A stretch of DNA of 64,000 nucleotides from the human T2T-CHM13v2.0 reference genome, Homo sapiens. Under the pieces are notes generated by a model that worked only from the letters and a program-made list of their open reading frames with translations, searched no databases and had not been told where the DNA came from. How positions within the stretch are numbered: the stretch's first letter is position 1; each line of letters starts with the position of its first letter. The stretch lies in the NCBI RefSeq assembly GCF_009914755.1, contig NC_060932.1; one strand, written 5' to 3'. Of the stretch, positions 57,027-64,000 are shown one piece after another. A program made the translations under genes and the position numbers.

Positions 57027-57755
57027 CATATTAGTCTGCTTGGGCTGCATAGCAAAATACAATAGACCAGAGGATAAAACAAAAGAATTTATTTCTCACA
57101 TTTCTGGAAGCTAACAAGTCCAATATCGAGTTGGCAGCCAAGTAAGTTTCATTCTGAAGTATCTCCTCTTGGCTTGAAGAGAGTCACCATCAACTGTGAA
57201 CTCACATGACCTTTTCTTTGTGCATATGCGCAGAGAGAAAGCAAGCTCTCTGCTGTCTTTTCTAAGAAAGACACTAAGCCCATCAGACTGAAGTCCCACC
57301 CTCATAGTGTCATCTAATATTGATTACCTCCCAGAAGCCCAATCTCCAAATACCCACATTGGCTCTTAGAACTTCAACATATTATTATTATTATTATGTA
57401 TTATTATGTATTATTATTATTATTACTTGCGACAAGGCCTCACTCTTTCACTGAGGCTGGAGTATAGTAGTACAATCATAGTGCACTGCAGCCTGCAACT
57501 TCTGGGCTCAAGCCATCCTCCCACTTCAGCCTCCCTAGTATCTGCGACTAAAGACAAAGTCCACCAAGCCAGGCTAATTTTTTTTAATTTTTTCTCAAGA
57601 CTGGGGTCTCACTTTGTGTCCTAGGCTGGTCTAGAACTCCTGTTTCAAGTGATCCTCCCAGCTTGACCTCACAAAATGTTGGGATTACAGGCATGAGCCA
57701 TTGAGCCCAACAACATATGAATTTTGAGGGCATACAAATGATCAGTCCATTACAT
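57027..57755 (-). mobile_element. MLT1A-like LTR interrupted by AluJ
   Basis: tattagtctgcttgggctgc..atctccaaatacc..ttcaacatat|Alu|caacatatgaattttgaggg..cagtccattaca. Confidence 0.85.
57383..57710 (-). mobile_element. AluJ with (AAT)n tail
   Basis: ctgggctcaagccatcctcccacttcagcctcc; TSD caacatat. Confidence 0.88.
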
Positions 57756-57799
57756 CTAAAAGTCAGTAACTGACTAGACAATTATAAACATAAATTTTG

Positions 57800-58090
57800 T
57801 AACAAACAATATATCACTGTATCAATCATCTATTATACAAAGCTTCTGTAAGTAGTGTAAAGATGCAATTGGCATGGTTCTTGGCCTGTGGGAGCTTACA
57901 GTCTAGTGGAAAAGGCAAACAAGGATGGATTCAACTTTTATATGAGTTCAATTAGCTGCTATAGTAGAAATACAGACTAAATGTTATCACAGCACAAAAG
58001 ATGGAAAAATTGTGTTGCTTGAGAAAGTCAGGAAAGGCTTACTGGTAGTGATGCTATCTCTGCTTGACCCTGAAGATTGAATGGACAGCC
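57800..58090 (-). mobile_element. L2 fragment
   Basis: catggttcttggcctgtgggagcttacagtctagtgg; aagtcaggaaaggctt. Confidence 0.65.
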
Positions 58091-58394
58091 TTGGTTGAGA
58101 GAATAGCTTAAGCAGTTGAAATTAAATGCAGTTTAAATAATTAAAAAACTGCATATTAATTCCATTTTCAGAATGATTTGCTACTTTTGCTGGGGTGCAT
58201 ATTAATCAACATACTTATTAGTAGGCAACCACAGTTAGGTTGTGATCATTTGTGGGGAAAAAAGCATTGTATTATTTCTTGTGCTTTCATTCTCTCCTTT
58301 TACATGTTTGATGGAGTTTTATTTTTTTCTTAATGAAACATGCTAATATGTTAATAGATAAAATAATGTTGTACATAAATTATGTAATATGTAG

Positions 58395-58492
58395 CTGTAT
58401 GTATATATACACACGTATGTGTGTATGTATATGTTTGTGTGTATATTTGTGTGTATATGTATGTGTCTGTGTGTGTATATATACACACACTT
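58395..58492. repeat. Imperfect (TG/TA)n microsatellite
   Basis: Directly visible. Confidence 0.85.
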
Positions 58493-59336
58493 ATATTTCC
58501 TATACAAATAGCACACAAGAGCTCCCTTGACATATAGCACTGATGAGGCATTAAAATAGGAAATAGGACTGTGTGCCTTATACTCCAAGATGATAAATCC
58601 CCAAATTGGAGAAGACAATATGTTATTAAAAATGCCACTGTCATTATTACTATTTGTTCTGGTGAGAACACTTCACACAGTATCTACATATACTCAGCAA
58701 ATCTTAAGTATACAACACTGTATTGGTTGTCTAATTATTATTCACAAACTCATCGAGTTATATACATTAAATATGTACCACTTTTTGCATGTCAATTATA
58801 CTTCAATAAAGTGGTTTAAGAAAAAAATATCTCACTTAAATCCTCATTTTACATCTCTGCTAAAGATGAAAGTTTAAGGACAAATAGAGTTATCTCTCTT
58901 GAAAAACCAGTCCATGATATGTGCTGTGAATTTTAGCTTTTCCCTTCTTACACAAAAATATCCATCCTTGTAAAATTATATTTAGAAAATAAAGCCAACC
59001 AAAAAGAAGAAAATTTGAATGCCACTGACTCTACTCAGAGTTGTCACAGTGTACTGTCCCTGTCACTTATTGCAAAGATATATAATATTTAGTACACCAA
59101 ATATGTATTTTGTAATTAGATCTTAATATAGGTTAAATATAGGTTAACATCTTTCCTTGTCAGTATTGTTCTCCATCGTGGTGTTGTACCTTAATTTATT
59201 GGATTAACTGTATAATAGTTAAATGCTTACTTCTATGTTTTTCTCTATTATAAACAACACTGTGATGAATATTTCCCCTAATTAAATCACACATCCTTGC
59301 TGAATTCCATAAATTAGATTTCTGCAATTGAAATTA

Positions 59337-59495
<159 letters not shown>

Positions 59496-60834
59496 TTAAG
59501 CCCATTTTAGAGACTTTAACATACTTAAAAATTGTCCTCCAAAAAGATTGTGTTAGAGTACATCATCAGCACGGCGTATGAGTGTCTATGTCTGAACCTT
59601 CTCTGGGTTAGTGCACACTTGCAGGTGGTGTTGGTCTGTTGAAACAGCTAGAAGCCACATCTTAAAACAAATCTGATGAATCAAGAATGTGTTGAACCCA
59701 GTTAGACTCGGTTTCCTCTTGCAGAATCTGCCTGTGTTTTTCAAACACCAAAACATTTAGTCAGCTTAAAAAATTCAGTAAACAAATCAAATTTATTATT
59801 GATTTACTTTATAGAAATAAATTCAACTGATGTGATAATAAAGATATATTTAATAACAAAGATAATTAATGTTAATAATAAATATTTGATAATAAAGAAT
59901 ATTTGCAAAACTACAAGTTTAAAACTTGGATAAACTTATAAACCGTGGCAAATAATTTGCCATTTTATTTAAAAATATCACTATTTTCTCATAAAGAAAG
60001 GCTACCCTTCTACTCTAATCTTAATCCTGATAGGCAAATTGCCACCCTGGTTGAAAACTGTATAGTAGCTGTGATTCACTGTCCATAGCCACCTGTGATC
60101 AAAAACAAAGCATTCGATGGTGTTAATAATCCCCACATTGAAAGTTGCTTGACTTCCATAGCATCAGTTGAAATAACTATGTCTGCAGAAATTAACTTTA
60201 AAAATGATAGAAGTTTATTGAAAAAATGTCCATCTGCCTTCTTTATGAGATCAGAGATTAACCACTTACTAATTTAATCAGCCTTTAATTTACTCTTTAA
60301 AAATATCTGGAAAAATATTTTAGTATGTCATATAGAAAGAATGACAGTATCTGCAATATCTGAATCTGTGTGATGATTCTTTCAGGATTGGTTTAATATG
60401 ATTCAGGGTGGTCAATTAAATAAGCTCTTCTGTTGTTCTGGCTGAATAGTGATTTGATTTTCCAAGCCTACTAATCCATTATTTTAATTAGCATTAAATT
60501 CGTAAAAAAACTAAATAGGTTTTAAAGGATCTTAAAAACCCTGAAATAAATACCACAAATGCAATTATCAGAAGGAAAGACAATAATAACTCTCATTTGG
60601 GTAATAAAGTAGAACTGCTTTCATGGAAAATAATTAGAGCAATAAACACACACTTTAGACATATTTAGAAGTGTTTGAATGCCACATGGATTACTGCCAC
60701 CTTTGGGAAGAAACTTGGAATGTAGTTGACAAGAAAGACTTGATTTTCTGATTTATTTATTCAGTCCATGCCACAGAGTTCATGCAGAAGCAGTAATGTA
60801 GCATAATTTAGAAAATTCAAAAGACTCTCAAAGC

Positions 60835-60838
<4 letters not shown>

Positions 60839-60886
<48 letters not shown>
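60839..60886. repeat. (CA)24 microsatellite
   Basis: Perfect dinucleotide run. Confidence 0.97.
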
Positions 60887-60888
<2 letters not shown>

Positions 60889-61513
60889 TAACTAAATGCC
60901 ACCTGTATTTTGGGAGATTGGGAGAGAGATTCAAGGGAAATTTTCAAAATCCAAAGAAGTTTATTAAGTCATTCTGATGTTAGAGGAAAATATGGCACCA
61001 GAGCAAGTGGTGAAAGTTTATTTATTTATTTAACTCTATGGAACTGCAGCTGTTACTGTAGATATTTAAGTATGTGTTATCCAGGGTTTTCTCTGGGTAA
61101 CATAGAACAGTATTCTGTAGAATACTGTTGTGAATATGAATAATAAATTCATATAGAATATAGAGAATTTGGGGAAGGAAGCAAATACAGCATTAGAACA
61201 ATGATGCTTAATTCAAAACACTATTCATACTTTCTTAGGTGTTTTCCACATTTACTGTTTCCACTTTCTCATCATCTGTTGACTTTTGGCTCATATCTAT
61301 CCCCTATTTTAATTTTTTAAAATTTTATCCTGACTTGTTTGCTTTTATAAATAATGCTATAATAAACATTATTTTAGCTAAAACTCTATGTACACTTAAC
61401 ATTTTTCTTTTATTTAAGATAGATTCTCAGAATGAATGGGGTGACATAAATGCATCAATACAGGGATAGAATAAACAGGTAAGCTTATAGGAAGAACAAA
61501 TCTGTCTCACTTT

Positions 61514-61585
61514 GAACATCTCTGAGGGAATAAGGGAGACAGCATTGGGCAGGGGGAAAGGTGAACTACCATGCAGTTGCATGGG

Positions 61586-61586
<1 letters not shown>
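61514..61586. mobile_element. LTR16 (ERVL)-like fragment
   Basis: gcattgggcagggggaaaggtgaactaccatgcagttgca. Confidence 0.5.
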
Positions 61587-61861
<275 letters not shown>

Positions 61862-62639
61862 GTAAGATAAAACTCAGTAATGCTGCAAAAAGAAAACAAA
61901 AGAGTATCAAGGAGTAGCTAAAAATAAATACTAACTCATATTAGTATTCTCTTACATTGAAATAATTATTTCACACACGTCTTCAAACATTTATTAAAAG
62001 GACTTCTAAAGTATGAGGTCATTAGTACATAATGCATTGTTTTAAATATCAGCACTCTTTCTAAAGTCATGTCATATTATGAACACTAATTTTTATAACA
62101 GGAGAAAAATATCATATTACATTCATGACTTTGAACTGTACATATAAATATTAATGAAGAGTCTCTCTGTTTTCTTCCATTCAGAAAAAAACAATATTTA
62201 CTTTAATGCTACTTATTCAAAAAACAGGACATCATCATGTCACCCTCATCATCCAAAACATTTATTAAGCACACATATGATGCTTTTCTTTGGGGATTGT
62301 CTAATTCAGGGCTCAAATTCTCTCACGGTGATAGCATATGATGCCAGAAAAAAAATAGTAAAAACACAGCCTACTCTGCAGATATTGTGTTTAGGCATAT
62401 GCATCTCTCATATATTTGCACTATCTACACTTCCAAGCCTGGACCAAGCCCTTCATCATCATTATTACACCTATAGCCAGTGATTATGATATTTACATAT
62501 CTTAAATGATCCTTTGAAAAGCATCAGCTAAGGAAATGACTATTTGTTTGAGTAAACTATCTAAAAGGGGAGTGGCTAATAACTGATGAAGTTATCCTAA
62601 CTTTGATGCAATCTTTGACTTTATAGGGATCTCTGATCC

Positions 62640-64000
62640 ACCGACCACATCAATTTCGTATGATCTCTCAATTCCCTCCAGCTATAACTATCCTTCTTAT
62701 CTAACACAGATTTCACAATTTATCATCATCTTCACTGTTTTTTCAAATATTCTCAAATTCTTGCCTTTTACTCTCATTATTTTCAAGGGAGAAAAGTTAA
62801 AACTGGGATAATTCTTACTAGCTGTCTTCTTTTTAATATCACCAGACTTGGTGAAAAATAACACAACCAGCTCATTAGGTGCTGCATTCTCATTTCAAGA
62901 TCAAATACCACCAATGAGCATTCAGTACAATTTGCCCTATTTCTTAACTTCCCAAAAGCCTAGCATTCCTAACCCCCTTCTCTTTTTTTAAACCACCTGC
63001 CCTTTCCCTGCCCTCACTTTCAATTGATGATTAATTCTAACCTTACACTCCACTGAAAAAGCAGAAGTCATCAAATGTGAATTTCCTCATCTTTTCTCAC
63101 CACCATAGAAATCTACTTATATCTCCAAGAATTTTTCTCCTTCTCTTTGCTACAAAAGAGACGGCATCCATGTTTATTGCACCAAACACCAGCCTCTTCT
63201 TTGCTGCAAGCCTCACCTCACCACCTTCTTCTGGTTTATTTTCAGTGTTCCTATATGCATACAACCAAGTCATAATGAGCCGTGTTCATGAGCAAAACAG
63301 CAAGGAATGCTCCCTTTTATCCCTAATATCCTGTAAATTCCACTTTATTCTTCGGACCTCTGTCTAAGCAAAATTTCTTAAACATGTTGTTTTGATTCAC
63401 TGAATCAATTTCCTCACGTGATATTAACTTTGACATACTCCAATCTGGTTTCCACCCCTTACATGTTATTAAACTATTCTTCCAAAACATCAATCACCTC
63501 CTTCTTGCTAAATAGAAAAGGAAATATTTTTTATTTATTTATTTTTTTTCGAGACAGAGTCTTGCTCTGTTTCCTAGCCTGGAGTGCTGCAGTGGTTCGA
63601 TCTTGGCTCACTACAACCTCCGCCTCCCGGGTTCAAGCGAGTCTCGTGCCTCAGTCTCCCAAGTAACTTGGATTACAGGCACCTGCCACCACTCCCGGCT
63701 AATTTTTGTATTTTTAGTAGAGACAGGGTTTCACCATGTTGGCCAGGTAGGTCTTGAACTCCTTACCTCAGGTGATACTCGTGCCTCAGCCTCCCAAAGT
63801 GCTGGGATTACAGGCGTGAACCACCGCATCCAGCTGGAAGTTTCTTAACTTTAATGTACTAAATCTTTTGTTTAAAGTGACCTGTCAACCATTCCCTTTT
63901 TCTTCAGAGTCCCCACTCTTTGATTCTGTGACACCACATTTTCCTGTCTTTTTCTCTGTTACTCCTGTGCATCTTCCCCTGGTTTCTATTTCTCTGTCTG
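62640..64000 (+). mobile_element. L2 internal (ORF2-derived) region interrupted by an Alu
   Basis: cactgaaaaagcagaagtcatcaaatgtgaatttcctcatct; tactccaatctggtttccacccc; ttgattctgtgacaccac. Confidence 0.7.
63527..63835 (-). mobile_element. AluS (Sx/Sz-like)
   Basis: Full dimer with (TTTA)n tail. Confidence 0.92.

Noticed and set aside
60050-60500. Repeat-free block rich in TAAT motifs, possible conserved element
   Set aside because: Cannot be separated from AT-rich background without conservation data

Overview
AT-rich, repeat-dense human genomic DNA, either intronic or intergenic. Human origin is supported by an AluYa5 carrying all five diagnostic bases. I see no host protein-coding exon, RNA gene, CRISPR array or CpG island. 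Every long ORF in the track is decayed LINE-1 ORF1/ORF2, Alu or microsatellite. Main content: a rearranged minus-strand L1PB (1.2-6.0 kb); old L1M, L2, MIR, MaLR and Tigger fragments; ten Alu/FLAM elements; and a 5'-complete L1PA4-like element (33.7-39.6 kb) fused tail-to-tail to a second, L1PA3-like fragment. That fusion forms a ~2 kb hairpin (two ~990-bp arms, ~96% identical, 79-bp spacer) with both 3'UTRs and poly(A) tails lost, downstream of an L1 promoter. It is the most unusual structure in the window. Other oddities: a 70-bp tailless young-L1 fragment and an older-L1 filler inside the L1PB, a ~190-bp dispersed duplication, a consensus CTCF site, and several candidate minus-strand non-coding exons. 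Subfamily calls come from recalled consensus sequences, not a RepeatMasker run, and boundaries of old repeats are approximate.
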